A stretch of 39,352 nucleotides of DNA from a virus (IMGVR_UViG_3300049049_000055:1-39352); one strand, 5' to 3'. Counted from the stretch's first letter, positions 8,420-18,485 are shown. Notes: generated by a model from the letters alone, not told the origin. Program-made: numbers and translations.

Positions 8420-8708
8420 CGTCGTCGTCCGGTTCGCGCGCGGCATCGGCCCGAACGCGTGGGATGTGAACGGCGCATATCAGCGGTTCCTCCGCAGCCC
8501 TGAGATTCGTGCGGCGCTAGAGGAGTTGGGTCAGAAGATCCACGAAGAGGCGGGCGGCGACGAAGCCGGGTTTGCTCTTGAGGTGCAGGCCGAGTCCGGT
8601 CGTCGCGGCACACCGCGTGTGGCGATCATCGCGGCGTCGTATGAGGCGAGAGAAGCCGAAGCGGTGGACAGGGTGTTGACGCGTGCCGTTGAGAACAACC
8701 GCGACTAG
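8412..8708 (+). CDS. neck / tail completion protein
   Basis: Synteny between stopper and tail terminator; overlapping start/stop. Confidence 0.55.
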   Translation: MANVVVRFARGIGPNAWDVNGAYQRFLRSPEIRAALEELGQKIHEEAGGDEAGFALEVQAESGRRGTPRVAIIAASYEAREAEAVDRVLTRAVENNRD

Positions 8709-8717
8709 GGGGACAGT

Positions 8718-9122
8718 GTGGAAGCAATCGAGTTCCCAGACGTTGAAGCGGTACTCGTCGGCTATCTGAACGTTGCGTTTTCGTCGGATGCGTCGTTCTC
8801 GACGGTGAGGGCGTACGTGAATGTTCCCGCGACGCGCCCCGACGAGTTCGTGCGCCTGTACCGCATTGGTGGGTCAGCGCCCGAACTGGTTGTTGAGCGG
8901 GTGACGGTCCTCGTCGACTGCTACGCGCTCAAGTCGGCTCGAGCATCCGCCCTCGCAAGGCGAACGATGGCGTATCTGCGCGCGATCGAATCTGCTGGCG
9001 GAGCGCAGTTCTACAACCCGCAAGTGTTCGCCGGTCCCGCGAATCTGCCCGACCCGAACGTGTCAACGCAGAGCCGGTACACGGCAACGGTTTCCGTGGG
9101 AGTACGCGGAACCGCTATTTAG
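8718..9122 (+). CDS. tail terminator protein
   Basis: FPDVEAVLVGYL, RPDEFVRLYRIGG, PANLPDP...RY; precedes major tail gene. Confidence 0.8.
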   Translation: MEAIEFPDVEAVLVGYLNVAFSSDASFSTVRAYVNVPATRPDEFVRLYRIGGSAPELVVERVTVLVDCYALKSARASALARRTMAYLRAIESAGGAQFYNPQVFAGPANLPDPNVSTQSRYTATVSVGVRGTAI

Positions 9123-9155
9123 ACCCGGAGTGCTGCTCGAGCTCACTCCACCAAG

Positions 9156-9179
9156 AACGCCCCGACATGGGGCGTTTTT
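9156..9179 (+). terminator. intrinsic terminator-like hairpin before major tail gene
   Basis: AACGCCCC-GACAT-GGGGCGTT then TTT. Confidence 0.55.
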
Positions 9180-9211
9180 CATTTCCCGAGGCTGATCGAA
9201 AGGTAACGACA

Positions 9212-9760
9212 ATGGCGAACACTGCCGCGAACGTCGTAGTGGGCAAGCCCAAGGCCACGGGCGGCGTGTACGCCGGCCCCGTGGGTACGGCGCTCCCTAC
9301 AGACACCACCACCGCCCTCAACGTCGCATTCGTCGGCTTGGGGTACATCTCGGAAGACGGCCTCACCATGACGAAGGGTGGCGATGTCACCACGATCCGT
9401 GCGTGGGGTGGCGATTCGGTGAAGGTCGTCAAAGCCACCGATGATTTGTCGTTCAACTGGACGTTCATCGAGTCGTCCGATGCCGTGGTCGAGGAGATCT
9501 TCGGCTCGGACAACGTGTCGGTTGGTTTGACGGACACGACCATTCAGGTGAACGGCCAGCAGGTCGGTGCCCGCGAGTGGGTGTTCGAGATTGTCGACGG
9601 CGACTACGCAATTCGCATTGTCTGCCCGAACGCCGAGCTTGCCGGTGAGGTTTCGGTCACGTTCGTTGACGGTCAGCCCGTTTCGTGGCCCGCGACGATC
9701 ACCTGCCTTCCTGACGCGTCGGGCAACAAGGCGTACATCTACAAGACCGCAGACGCGTAA
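9212..9760 (+). CDS. major tail protein
   Basis: GGVYAGPVGTALPTD, LGYISEDGLT, IRAWGG motifs; ATG 9212 after GAAAGGT. Confidence 0.9.
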   Translation: MANTAANVVVGKPKATGGVYAGPVGTALPTDTTTALNVAFVGLGYISEDGLTMTKGGDVTTIRAWGGDSVKVVKATDDLSFNWTFIESSDAVVEEIFGSDNVSVGLTDTTIQVNGQQVGAREWVFEIVDGDYAIRIVCPNAELAGEVSVTFVDGQPVSWPATITCLPDASGNKAYIYKTADA

Positions 9761-9847
9761 CAAGCCCCTGTGGGGGTTGCCGGTCACGCCTCGGGCGGTG
9801 ACCCCCACAGGTAAAACAATCCAACCCGAGGCAGACCTGAGGCGACC

Positions 9848-10135
9848 ATGACTTTTGTTGTTCCCACCGTCGATCTGAGCGACGCGGCTATCCAGTTCAC
9901 CTTCGAGCACAACGGCAAGTCGTACTCGATCCCGTTCATGCAGCACATCCCCATGCCCGTTCTCGAGGCGGCCGATAAGCGTGGCGGCATCGGCCACATT
10001 CCTGTTCTCGAGGAGTTGGGGTTGGACGATGTTGCGGATGCGTGGCGCACCATGTCACCCCATCAGATTCGTGCGCTCACTGACGCGTGGACTACCGCGT
10101 CGGCGGCAAGCCTGGGGGAATCCAAAGCCTCCTAG
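9848..10135 (+). CDS. tail assembly chaperone (G-like)
   Basis: Between major tail and tape measure genes; ends LGES at a slippery site. Confidence 0.85.
   Translation: MTFVVPTVDLSDAAIQFTFEHNGKSYSIPFMQHIPMPVLEAADKRGGIGHIPVLEELGLDDVADAWRTMSPHQIRALTDAWTTASAASLGESKAS
10114..10120 (+). other. programmed -1 frameshift site G GGG GAA
   Basis: CTG GGG GAA near the end of the chaperone ORF; the -1 frame is open to 10503. Confidence 0.8.
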
Positions 10136-10503
10136 CGCTCATACGTGAGCACAGGGAGGCAATCCAGTACGACCTGTTGTCGGCGGGGCTTCGGCTTGCC
10201 TGGTTGGGTACGCCGCTTCTCGGGTGGGACGACTTCGCCGTCTGGGTGAAGTTCCTGCCCCGGCAGTCGCAGACCGCGCAGGAAGCCCTCGGCCCTTCCT
10301 GGCCCGCCGAGCTTCACCTGCTTGCGAACGTGGCAGACCTGCTCGCTTGGTCGAACTGGCAGCGCGGCGGCGGTAAGGGTCCGAAGCCGAAGCCGACGAA
10401 GCGGCCGGGCGACAAGTCGTCGCAGACGTTTGGTCGCGCGGTTCCTATTGACGATGTTCGACAGTTCCTTACGGAGCGGAATGGGCGCGCGCCCGGAGGT
10501 TAG
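10114..10503 (+). CDS. tail assembly chaperone frameshift extension (GT-like)
   Basis: -1 frame ORF IQSLLALIREHREAIQYDLL...NWQRGGGKGPKPKP.KRPG, typical of the extended chaperone. Confidence 0.8.
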   Translation, partial: GGIQSLLALIREHREAIQYDLLSAGLRLAWLGTPLLGWDDFAVWVKFLPRQSQTAQEALGPSWPAELHLLANVADLLAWSNWQRGGGKGPKPKPTKRPGDKSSQTFGRAVPIDDVRQFLTERNGRAPGG

Positions 10504-10505
10504 AC

Positions 10506-12071
10506 ATGGCTCGCAAGGGGACCGAACTCGCAACCGCATACTACTCGTTTTTGCCTTCACTTGACGGGACGGCGGCGGCGGTCAACTCGCAGATGGGTTT
10601 GGTCACCGCTGCCGGCTCTAGGACCGGCAAGGCGGGTGGTGCGGCTCTCGGCGCGGGCCTGATCGGTGGCTTGAAGACTGCCGGTGTTGTCGGTGCCGCA
10701 TTGGGTATCGCGAACCTTGCCGGTTCGATCACGAGCTACTTCACGGACGCGGTCGGGCTGGCGTCCAACTTGCAGGAGTCGGGCAACGCTGTGCGGGTTT
10801 CCTATGGGGAGATCGCAGGCGAGATCGACAAGTTGGGTGAGACTGCGGCGAAGCGGCTTGGTTTGTCGCGGGGGGCGTTCAACGATCTTGCGGTCAGGTT
10901 CTCGAACTTTGCGGGGACGATCGCGGGTGAGGGTGGCGATGTTGTCGGCGTTATCAACGACCTGACGACGCGTGGTGCCGACTTCGCTTCCGTGTACAAC
11001 TTGGAAGTGAGTGACGCGCTCGGCCTGTTCCAGTCGGGTCTTGCCGGTGAGACGGAGCCGCTTCGGCGTTTCGGCATTGATATGTCGGCGGCGGCGGTGG
11101 AGGCGTTCGCGCTTGCTAACGGCATCGGTGATGGTACTGGGGCGCTGACGGAGGCGGAGAAGGTTCAGGCCCGCTATGGGCTGCTGCTGGAGTCGACCGA
11201 TAAGACGGCGGGCGACTTCGCCGAAACGCAGGACAGTCTGGCGAACGCGACCCGCATCTCTAACGCCAAGCTGGAGGACGCGCAGGCGAAGGTCGGCGAG
11301 GCGCTTCTCCCGGCGTTTGAGAAGTTTACGGACTTCATGCTCACTGACGGTGTGCCGCTGGTGGAAAAGCTTGTCGACGTTTTCGTTGACGCGTCCCCTG
11401 CGATTATCGCGGTCACTGACGCGGGCCTAGATTTGCTTGACTTTTTTCTGTCCAACGTTTCTTTCGTGGTGGATTTCTTTAACGCTATTGAGGACGGGAA
11501 GATTACCTCGCAGGAAGCTGCTGCGGCCATCGCTTTGCTGCCTAAGCCTCTTCGGGATCTGGGGCTTGGTATTTCTGGTTTCTTCCGTGACGCGCTTGCG
11601 GGTGTTATCAACTTCGTGTCGGGCGGTTTGAACACGTACATTGGGGTGTTGAATCGGTTCCTTGATTTGCTTGCCCCGATTATTCGCACGTTCAATCAAT
11701 TGTTCGGCGCGAACATTGCCATTCCTCGAATCAATAACTTTGCGACCGTTTCGTTCACTGGCGGTGGCGGTGGCAGTTCGCCGGCGCGTGTTGCGGGCGG
11801 TGGCCGTCGTGCGATGGCTGACGGCGGCATTGTTACTGCCCGTCCGGGTGGTATTGCGGCGACTGTTGGTGAGGGCCGCTACGACGAGGCCGTTATTCCG
11901 TTGTCGCCTGCGGTTTTGTCGCAGCTTGGTGAGGCTATTGGCGGCGGCGGTGGCGGCTTTGAGGTTGGCGTTAACCGGAATGGGCTCGAGGCGTTCTTGG
12001 ACGTGTGGGAGCGTGGCCGTGATGGGTCGATGCGCATGGTTATTGAGAATGGGAAGAAGGTACTTGCCTAA
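10506..12071 (+). CDS. tape measure protein (short, 521 aa)
   Basis: ELATAYYSFLPS start, Ala/Gly-rich helical repeats, C-terminal ADGGIV...GEGRYDEAVIPL. Confidence 0.9.
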   Translation: MARKGTELATAYYSFLPSLDGTAAAVNSQMGLVTAAGSRTGKAGGAALGAGLIGGLKTAGVVGAALGIANLAGSITSYFTDAVGLASNLQESGNAVRVSYGEIAGEIDKLGETAAKRLGLSRGAFNDLAVRFSNFAGTIAGEGGDVVGVINDLTTRGADFASVYNLEVSDALGLFQSGLAGETEPLRRFGIDMSAAAVEAFALANGIGDGTGALTEAEKVQARYGLLLESTDKTAGDFAETQDSLANATRISNAKLEDAQAKVGEALLPAFEKFTDFMLTDGVPLVEKLVDVFVDASPAIIAVTDAGLDLLDFFLSNVSFVVDFFNAIEDGKITSQEAAAAIALLPKPLRDLGLGISGFFRDALAGVINFVSGGLNTYIGVLNRFLDLLAPIIRTFNQLFGANIAIPRINNFATVSFTGGGGGSSPARVAGGGRRAMADGGIVTARPGGIAATVGEGRYDEAVIPLSPAVLSQLGEAIGGGGGGFEVGVNRNGLEAFLDVWERGRDGSMRMVIENGKKVLA

Positions 12072-12895
12072 TGTATGAGCCTTCCCTAACTCCGAGGACT
12101 GATTTTGCTCCGGTGCCGCGTGTGGAGTTCGTTTTCTCTTCTGTGCCGGTTGAGGCGGTGTCGGCGACGGTTGTTCGTGAGGTTGACGGGCAGGTTCGTC
12201 GTGTGCGCGGCGCCATTGGCGTGTTTGCTGCTGGCGGTTTTGCGGGGGTTGATACTGAGCCGCCTTATGGGGTGCTGGTTGAGTATCGGGCGGAGTTGTT
12301 TGATGCAGATGGGGAGACTCTTGGGTTTACTGATCCGGCTTCGACGGTTGTGGAGTTTGTAGGGACGACTATTCAGAATCCTTTGGATGCGAGTCGTGCC
12401 GTTCAGGTGACGTTGTTGCAGGGTTCGGCGTCTGATTTGGTTCGTGAGGATGACGGCGAGCTTGTGCAGGGTTCGGGGTCGGAGTATCCGACGTGGGTTG
12501 GTTTTGGTCGTTCTGCTTTGCGTGGCGTGGAGTTGCGTGTTTTGACTTCGACGGTTGCGGATGATGTGGCGATGCGTTCGGTGTTTGGTGATTATGGTGA
12601 CCGGCAGTTGCCGATTATCTGTTTCCGGTCGTCTTTGCCGTTGGGTTTGCCGACACCGTTTTTTGGGTTGGTTCGTGCGCCTCGCCGTCAGCAGGTTGAT
12701 GCGGCTTTGGGTGGTTCGGCTGTTCGGTGGATTCTTTTGGCTGATGAGGTTCGTCCTCCGGCTGAGGCGCTTAGTGTTGGCGTTTTGACGTATGAGGATA
12801 TGGAGAATTCGTACGCTACTTATGATGATGCTGAGGCTGCTTATGTGACGTATTTGGATGCTGAGTCTGACTTTACTTTGGCGGGGGTTAGTTGA
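12071..12895 (+). CDS. minor tail protein (distal-tail-like)
   Basis: Directly after tape measure; DTEPPYGV.VEYRAE motif. Confidence 0.7.
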   Translation: MYEPSLTPRTDFAPVPRVEFVFSSVPVEAVSATVVREVDGQVRRVRGAIGVFAAGGFAGVDTEPPYGVLVEYRAELFDADGETLGFTDPASTVVEFVGTTIQNPLDASRAVQVTLLQGSASDLVREDDGELVQGSGSEYPTWVGFGRSALRGVELRVLTSTVADDVAMRSVFGDYGDRQLPIICFRSSLPLGLPTPFFGLVRAPRRQQVDAALGGSAVRWILLADEVRPPAEALSVGVLTYEDMENSYATYDDAEAAYVTYLDAESDFTLAGVS

Positions 12896-14082
12896 TGCGT
12901 CCGGGTACTGATTTGATGCGTGAGTTGTTGGCGTCTGATTTTGAGTTGGGCTTTTCGGCTGATTTGGTTTATGGGTCGGCGCGTGTCCTTTCTGGGTTGG
13001 AGGTGGTGTCGCCGTCTTTGGTGGCTGATGCTTCTGGGCTGGTTGAGATGTCGGGTAAGTTGTCGGTGATTTGGTCGGATGATTCTGGCCGTGATGTGGA
13101 GCCGTTTGAGGCGGGGGATGTGTTTTCTCCGTTCGGTTACCGGGTGATTCTGTTTGTTGTTGTTAGGGCGGGGGCGTTTGAGTCTCGGCAGCAGATTGCG
13201 GATTTGTCGGTGACGCAGGTTCCGATGGTTGATGGGCAACCGTTTGTGTGGGGTGAGACGCAGATTTTCGCTGGGCAGCGTCTTGATCTGGTTGTGAAGG
13301 ATCGGATGGTTGAGGTTCAGCGGGATCGGTTTACGAAGTTGGAGCAGCCGGCGTCGTTGACTTCGGTGTATGACGAGATTTCGCGGCTGACTGGTTTCGT
13401 GCTGACGCGCACTTTGGATGATGTGCCGGTGACGAAGAGTGTTGTGTATGAGGAGTCCCGTGTGGACGCCGTGCAGCAGCTCGCCCAGTTGTTGGGCGGG
13501 GTTGCGTTTATGGAGTGGGACGGCACGTTGTCTGTGCGTCCTTCCGAGCCGGGTGACCCTGTTGCCGAGCTGACCTTGGGCGAGTCGGGAACGATCGTTC
13601 AAGTCGGCTCGAGCCTGTCTGCGGAGGGTGTTTACAACGGTGTTGTGATTCGTGGTGAGGGGGATTTGCAGGAGCAGATCCTTGCGGAGCTGTGGGTGAC
13701 GGATGGGCCGTTGCGTGCCACCACGTTGGATGGTGAGCGGTCGCCGTTTCACCGTGTGCCGTATTTCTATTCGTCTCCGTTTATTACGACGGCGGCGCAG
13801 GCAAACGCGTACGCGCCGACTTTGTTGGAGCGGGTGTCGTCTCCGCGTGCCGCGCGCCTTGAGGTTACGTGCGTCACTAATCCTTTGTTGCAGGTTGGTG
13901 ACGTGGTGACGGTTTCGGATTCGCGGTTTGTTTGGCTGGTCAGGTTGACGCGGGTGCCTTTGGAGCGTTCTGGGGTGATGACGGTTTCTGGTGACGTGTT
14001 GTCGCGGGTGCCGGTTGATCGTTCGCGCCCTGAGGGTTTCGGTGAAGGTTTGTACGGCATTGTGCCGAATTACGGGGAGTGA
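12892..14082 (+). CDS. minor tail protein (baseplate hub-like)
   Basis: Synteny; YNGVVIRG, PYFYSSPFITT, NPLLQVGDVV motifs. Confidence 0.75.
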   Translation: MMRPGTDLMRELLASDFELGFSADLVYGSARVLSGLEVVSPSLVADASGLVEMSGKLSVIWSDDSGRDVEPFEAGDVFSPFGYRVILFVVVRAGAFESRQQIADLSVTQVPMVDGQPFVWGETQIFAGQRLDLVVKDRMVEVQRDRFTKLEQPASLTSVYDEISRLTGFVLTRTLDDVPVTKSVVYEESRVDAVQQLAQLLGGVAFMEWDGTLSVRPSEPGDPVAELTLGESGTIVQVGSSLSAEGVYNGVVIRGEGDLQEQILAELWVTDGPLRATTLDGERSPFHRVPYFYSSPFITTAAQANAYAPTLLERVSSPRAARLEVTCVTNPLLQVGDVVTVSDSRFVWLVRLTRVPLERSGVMTVSGDVLSRVPVDRSRPEGFGEGLYGIVPNYGE

Positions 14083-15653
14083 TAATGCCTATTAACGTTG
14101 ATGACCTGAACCTCCCTCTTCGTGGCTCTAAGGGTTGGGATGTGCCGTTCAAGGCGGCCGTTGTTGAGCTGGTCGATTTGTACAACGAGCAGGAGGCCGC
14201 GACTGAGGCGGCTGTTGGTGTGATCTCGGGTGCGGTCGACGCGAACGATGCAACGGTGGCGGCGGCGGCGAGCTCGTCGGGAACGGCGACCCGCACCTAC
14301 CTGGACGGCCGCTTCGGTTTGAAACCAACCAACGGTGCCCGCGCTGTCGGTGCCGGCGAGTTGGTGTTGAACGTTGACGACTACGGCGCAACCGGTAACG
14401 GCACCACAGATGACACTACGGCGATCCAGTCCGCGTTGACCGCAGCTCGAGCGGCCAAAGCCGTGCTCACGTTCACCCGCAACAAGACATACATTGTCTC
14501 GGCAACGCTGAATCCGACCGGTGTGAACATGCAGGGCTTCGGGGCGACATTGAAGGTGAAGCCTTCGATCACGATGAACTTCAACCTGTTCCAGTCGTCG
14601 GGGGCGTTCACCGCGACGGACCTGACGTTGGATTTGAACAAGGCCAACACGACAGATCCGGGGTCGAACACTCAGGGTTGCGGCGTGTACATGTTCGCCA
14701 CTTCCGGTTGGGCGGGCGTTGCGGCGCTGACGAACGTTCGAGTGATCAACGGACATCAGGTGGGCATTCGCGCGCAGACCGCGTCTACTCCTACCGACGC
14801 GGCGACGGTGCCCGCCTCGGCGCTTATCCTTGTCGGCTGCCAGGTTGAGAACACCAAGTTTGGAACTTGGCTTTCGTACCTTTCACGTCTGCGCGTCATC
14901 GGATGCGTTGTCGACACCACGACGGCAGATGGAATGTACGACTTCGTTACGCGCGACGCACGCTACATCGCCAACACGGTCACTAACGCTGGCGGGCACG
15001 GCATTGTCACGCAATACTCCTCCGGCTTCATCGCTACCGGTAACCGCACCCGCACCACCGTTGGCGGTATCACGGTCGGTGGTGGTTCAACAACGATTAC
15101 TGAGGCGCGCGATTTTGTGATCGCCAACAACTTCATTACTGGTTCCACGTTGAATGGCATCAGCATTGACACCACCAAGATTGGTTTCGGAACTACCGTC
15201 GTTGACACGTTCGGTTCCGTTACTGGCAATGTGATTCGCGGGAACACTATCCACGGCATCTATTTGCACAATGCGGGGCACGTTTCAGTGTCGGGTAACA
15301 CTTGTCACGGAAACTTGAATGGTGGCTTGGCGATGGATGCCCGTTATGTTTCCGTTTCGGGTAATACGTTCACCGCAAATGCGTGGGGTATCAAGTTTCT
15401 TGGCAATACGGGAACTTACGGGAACTATGCGATCGGGCGAAATCTTGTCCAGTTGAACACGACGGCGCAGTTCTTTTTCGACACGGTCGGGTTCACTGAT
15501 TTGACGTTGGATTTGCAGGGTCAGGGCACCCCCGAGGGTGTCGTGGCGGCTCCTGTTGGTTCTCGGTTTTCGCGGACTGATGGTGGTGCGGGGACGTGCA
15601 TGTATGTCAAGGAGTCCGGTGGCGTTACGTCGACGGGCTGGGTTGCCAAGTAA
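14079..15653 (+). CDS. tailspike / polysaccharide depolymerase (right-handed beta-helix)
   Basis: NVDDYGATGNGTTDDTTAIQSAL pectate-lyase-3-like start, many Asn-ladder repeats (VTGNVIRGN, VSGNT), C-terminal GTPEGVVAAPVGS...YVKESG...GWVAK. Confidence 0.8.
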   Translation: MIMPINVDDLNLPLRGSKGWDVPFKAAVVELVDLYNEQEAATEAAVGVISGAVDANDATVAAAASSSGTATRTYLDGRFGLKPTNGARAVGAGELVLNVDDYGATGNGTTDDTTAIQSALTAARAAKAVLTFTRNKTYIVSATLNPTGVNMQGFGATLKVKPSITMNFNLFQSSGAFTATDLTLDLNKANTTDPGSNTQGCGVYMFATSGWAGVAALTNVRVINGHQVGIRAQTASTPTDAATVPASALILVGCQVENTKFGTWLSYLSRLRVIGCVVDTTTADGMYDFVTRDARYIANTVTNAGGHGIVTQYSSGFIATGNRTRTTVGGITVGGGSTTITEARDFVIANNFITGSTLNGISIDTTKIGFGTTVVDTFGSVTGNVIRGNTIHGIYLHNAGHVSVSGNTCHGNLNGGLAMDARYVSVSGNTFTANAWGIKFLGNTGTYGNYAIGRNLVQLNTTAQFFFDTVGFTDLTLDLQGQGTPEGVVAAPVGSRFSRTDGGAGTCMYVKESGGVTSTGWVAK

Positions 15654-15659
15654 GGGGCC

Positions 15660-16544
15660 GTGATGTCGTCTGCTGATGCGATCGCGGAGGGGTTTGGGAA
15701 GTTCAAGCCGTGGCAGGTGCTGATTGGGACGTTCGTTGACCAGTCGGGGCCGGATGGTGTTGTGGATGTGGGTGGGGCGCGCATCACTATGCCGTCGTTG
15801 GGCACCTACTTTCCGTTGCCGAACGACCCGGTAAGGGTGTTGCGTACGGATACTTCGACGTTCCTCCTAGGCCCCGCATCGCCCCGCTCGGCGGTGGGGA
15901 AGGTGACTGCGACGGGTTCGCCTCGGATCACGGTCGAGTATCCGCCCGACTCTGGGGTGGAGAAGCTGATGGGGTACCCGTCAACTGCGACACCCGCCGT
16001 GGACGATCTGGTCATCATCGACTGGGCGTCGGGTGGCACGGTGACAGCAGTGGTGACGACCACACCTGACTTCCAGCCGACCGCGCAAGCCCCCACCGCT
16101 CCGTCTGGTGGCCGTCGCACTTTGGTGTTCACTGCGTTGGATTCGGGGAACTGGAACGGCGGCTGGTGGACGAACGAAGTGTGGGCGTCGGACAACAACC
16201 ACGGCGCGTGGTGGTACGGGTCAAAGATTCGCGACACCATCCCGGATTCGGCGTCGATCGTGTCGGTTGAGATTTTCCTTCCCGCCTACTACCAGTTCGG
16301 ATCTGACCCGAACTTCCGCCTCCACGCCGACAACTCGAAACCCGGTGGAGCTCCGTCCTACACCGGCGCAGTCATGCCCCTCACCGGCGCGCGTTCCGGC
16401 TGGGTTGGTGTTCCCACAACGGTTGGCGACTACCTGAAAGCCAACGTCGGCGGAACCGGATTCCGGCAAGGCGGCTTCACCAAATATCGCGGCACACAAG
16501 CAGACGGACAATCCGGCGCGCTCCGCATCACCTTCGACTCTTAG
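15660..16544 (+). CDS. minor tail protein
   Basis: Position in tail module; GAWWYG and SGALRITF motifs. Confidence 0.65.
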   Translation: MMSSADAIAEGFGKFKPWQVLIGTFVDQSGPDGVVDVGGARITMPSLGTYFPLPNDPVRVLRTDTSTFLLGPASPRSAVGKVTATGSPRITVEYPPDSGVEKLMGYPSTATPAVDDLVIIDWASGGTVTAVVTTTPDFQPTAQAPTAPSGGRRTLVFTALDSGNWNGGWWTNEVWASDNNHGAWWYGSKIRDTIPDSASIVSVEIFLPAYYQFGSDPNFRLHADNSKPGGAPSYTGAVMPLTGARSGWVGVPTTVGDYLKANVGGTGFRQGGFTKYRGTQADGQSGALRITFDS

Positions 16545-16553
16545 GGAGACACC

Positions 16554-17120
16554 ATGACGACCACGCCAGAAGCAACCAAGGGGGTTCCCCGGCATGAAGG
16601 CAATTCGACGTTCACGCCCCGCGCCGACCACAACTCGCTCGCGGACTGGGTGCTCGCGAACACGGACACCACCGTTGCGAACGTCGCCTCACTGCCTGTC
16701 ACAGACAACTGGGTGGGTCGGGAAGTGCTCACCGAAGACCTCGGCGAGATCTACCGGTGCACTGCGCTGCCGAATACTTGGGCGCTTGTCGCATCAACCG
16801 ACCGCACCGGCACGGTCACTTCGGGCATCAACGGATGGTCAACGTCGGCGGAAATGGTTTTGTCGAAGCGCTCCGGCTGGGTGACGTTGCAGGGGTCATT
16901 TACGCATGCCTCGCACACGCCGGGAACGTCCGTGCAAATCGGCACCATCCCGCTCGGATTCCGACCCCTCAACCGTGTCGGCTCCGCCGTTGTCCTCTAC
17001 TCGGCGGGACAGCTCGGGTCGGCCGACTTCGAACCCGACGGCGACATCTTCCTCAACAACCCCGGCACCGTCACCGGTGTCACCGCCGTTCGTTTCAGCG
17101 TCCAGTGGAAGGCCGCATAG
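16554..17120 (+). CDS. minor tail / fibre protein
   Basis: Last gene before lysin; IGTIPLGFRP receptor-binding-type motif. Confidence 0.6.
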   Translation: MTTTPEATKGVPRHEGNSTFTPRADHNSLADWVLANTDTTVANVASLPVTDNWVGREVLTEDLGEIYRCTALPNTWALVASTDRTGTVTSGINGWSTSAEMVLSKRSGWVTLQGSFTHASHTPGTSVQIGTIPLGFRPLNRVGSAVVLYSAGQLGSADFEPDGDIFLNNPGTVTGVTAVRFSVQWKAA

Positions 17121-17872
17121 TGCCATCCACCAACCTGCCGAAACCTGCGGTAGGGGACTGGGGTGACGGGTACGGGTGGCGCACCCTCCCCGACGGGACA
17201 CGCAACTTCCACAACGGCCGCGACCTCACATGGTTCAACCGCGACCCCGAAGGTTCACAGAAGGTGTACTCGCCCGTCGACGGAGTAGCAGTAGTCGGGT
17301 CGAACTCGCTCATCGGCAACTTCGTCAGCCTCCCCATCGGCGACGGCTACTCCACACGCCTCTGCCACTTCGCCGAGCTCGCAATCACAAACGGGCAGAA
17401 GGTCACTCGAGGCCAATACCTCGGACGCATGGGCAACACCGGCAGCCAAGCATTCGGCATCCACCTACACGTCGACGTGTTCGGCCCCACCGGAATCCGA
17501 GTCGACCCAGCCCTCTACTACACGAACACGTTCGTCGGCACGCTCACCACAGCGGGCGGCGAAACCACACCAATCGGAGACGACGACATGCCCCTAACCG
17601 ACGAAGACAAAGACTTCATCAACCGTGCCGTCGCAGCCGGCGTGCAACAGATCAAAGGCGAAGGGGCATGGTCGGCAACACCCGGCACGATCGCCAACGT
17701 GCGCCGCGACGTGGACTGGATCAACCAGAAATCGCCCACCTCGCTGAAGGCAATCCACGACGCGATCAGCAACCTCCCCTCGGAGGCCGTGGGAGCCGAT
17801 CTGACGGGGCTGCTCGCCGCGATCAACGCCCAGCCCGCCGCGTTCATCAAGGCACTCAAAGAAGCCCTGTAA
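17120..17872 (+). CDS. endolysin, M23 peptidase domain
   Basis: HNGRD and HLH zinc motifs, G.MGNTG; GTG start overlaps the upstream TAG. Confidence 0.85.
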   Translation: MPSTNLPKPAVGDWGDGYGWRTLPDGTRNFHNGRDLTWFNRDPEGSQKVYSPVDGVAVVGSNSLIGNFVSLPIGDGYSTRLCHFAELAITNGQKVTRGQYLGRMGNTGSQAFGIHLHVDVFGPTGIRVDPALYYTNTFVGTLTTAGGETTPIGDDDMPLTDEDKDFINRAVAAGVQQIKGEGAWSATPGTIANVRRDVDWINQKSPTSLKAIHDAISNLPSEAVGADLTGLLAAINAQPAAFIKALKEAL

Positions 17873-17901
17873 CCCCTCTCAGTCCCAGGGAGGGGCAACA
17901 C

Positions 17902-18306
17902 ATGACCTGGCATGAATTCTGGGATTCCGTATCAGTCGCACAAGCCGTCGTCTGGATAGTCGGCGCGCTGGCCGTTCTCACCTTCGTCGTCAAAGCGTGG
18001 CCGTTCATCAGGAACACATTCCGCATTCTGGATGCCCTCGTGCGACTGCCCGACGTAATGGAAAAAGTGGACGACATGACCGCCCAAGTGTCAGAAATCC
18101 ACCACGAAGTTCACTACAACAACGGCTCATCCGTCAAAGACGCCGTGCGCCGCGTCGAAACGAAACTCGGCCGCGTCGAAGAGGGCGTCGCCGGCCTCTA
18201 CGAACGCGCCGACGCATCCGACCGCGCCGACGCCGACCTGCGCCGCGAACTCGAAAACACCCACCCGCCGATCAAACGGCGACCCCCGAAGAAGGAGACA
18301 CCATGA
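17902..18306 (+). CDS. membrane protein of the lysis cassette
   Basis: One N-terminal TM helix, coiled coil, NNGSSVKDAV motif; RBS GGGAGG. Confidence 0.7.
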   Translation: MTWHEFWDSVSVAQAVVWIVGALAVLTFVVKAWPFIRNTFRILDALVRLPDVMEKVDDMTAQVSEIHHEVHYNNGSSVKDAVRRVETKLGRVEEGVAGLYERADASDRADADLRRELENTHPPIKRRPPKKETP

Positions 18307-18485
18307 TCGACAAGATTGCCGAATACCGCAAGGCCGTTGCCGCGTTCCTCGTACCTGCACTGATCGTGCTCGGAGCAGCACTCGAGGATGGCGTTGTCAC
18401 GGCCCCCGAGTGGATTGCCGTTGTCATTGCCGCCCTCGGAACGTCAGCTGTTGTCGCCGCCGTCCCGAACCGGGTGGGCGAGTGA
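18303..18485 (+). CDS. holin
   Basis: 60 aa, two TM segments, YRKAVAA...VPN; RBS AAGGAG. Confidence 0.75.
   Translation: MIDKIAEYRKAVAAFLVPALIVLGAALEDGVVTAPEWIAVVIAALGTSAVVAAVPNRVGE

Noticed and set aside
14079-17120. Diversity-generating retroelement or invertible tail-fibre switch
   Set aside because: No reverse transcriptase, invertase, or template/variable repeat pair was seen.
16757-17901. Long N-terminal extensions of the lysin (from 16757) and membrane protein (from 17176)
   Set aside because: They overlap real genes in other frames; better starts are at 17120 and 17902.
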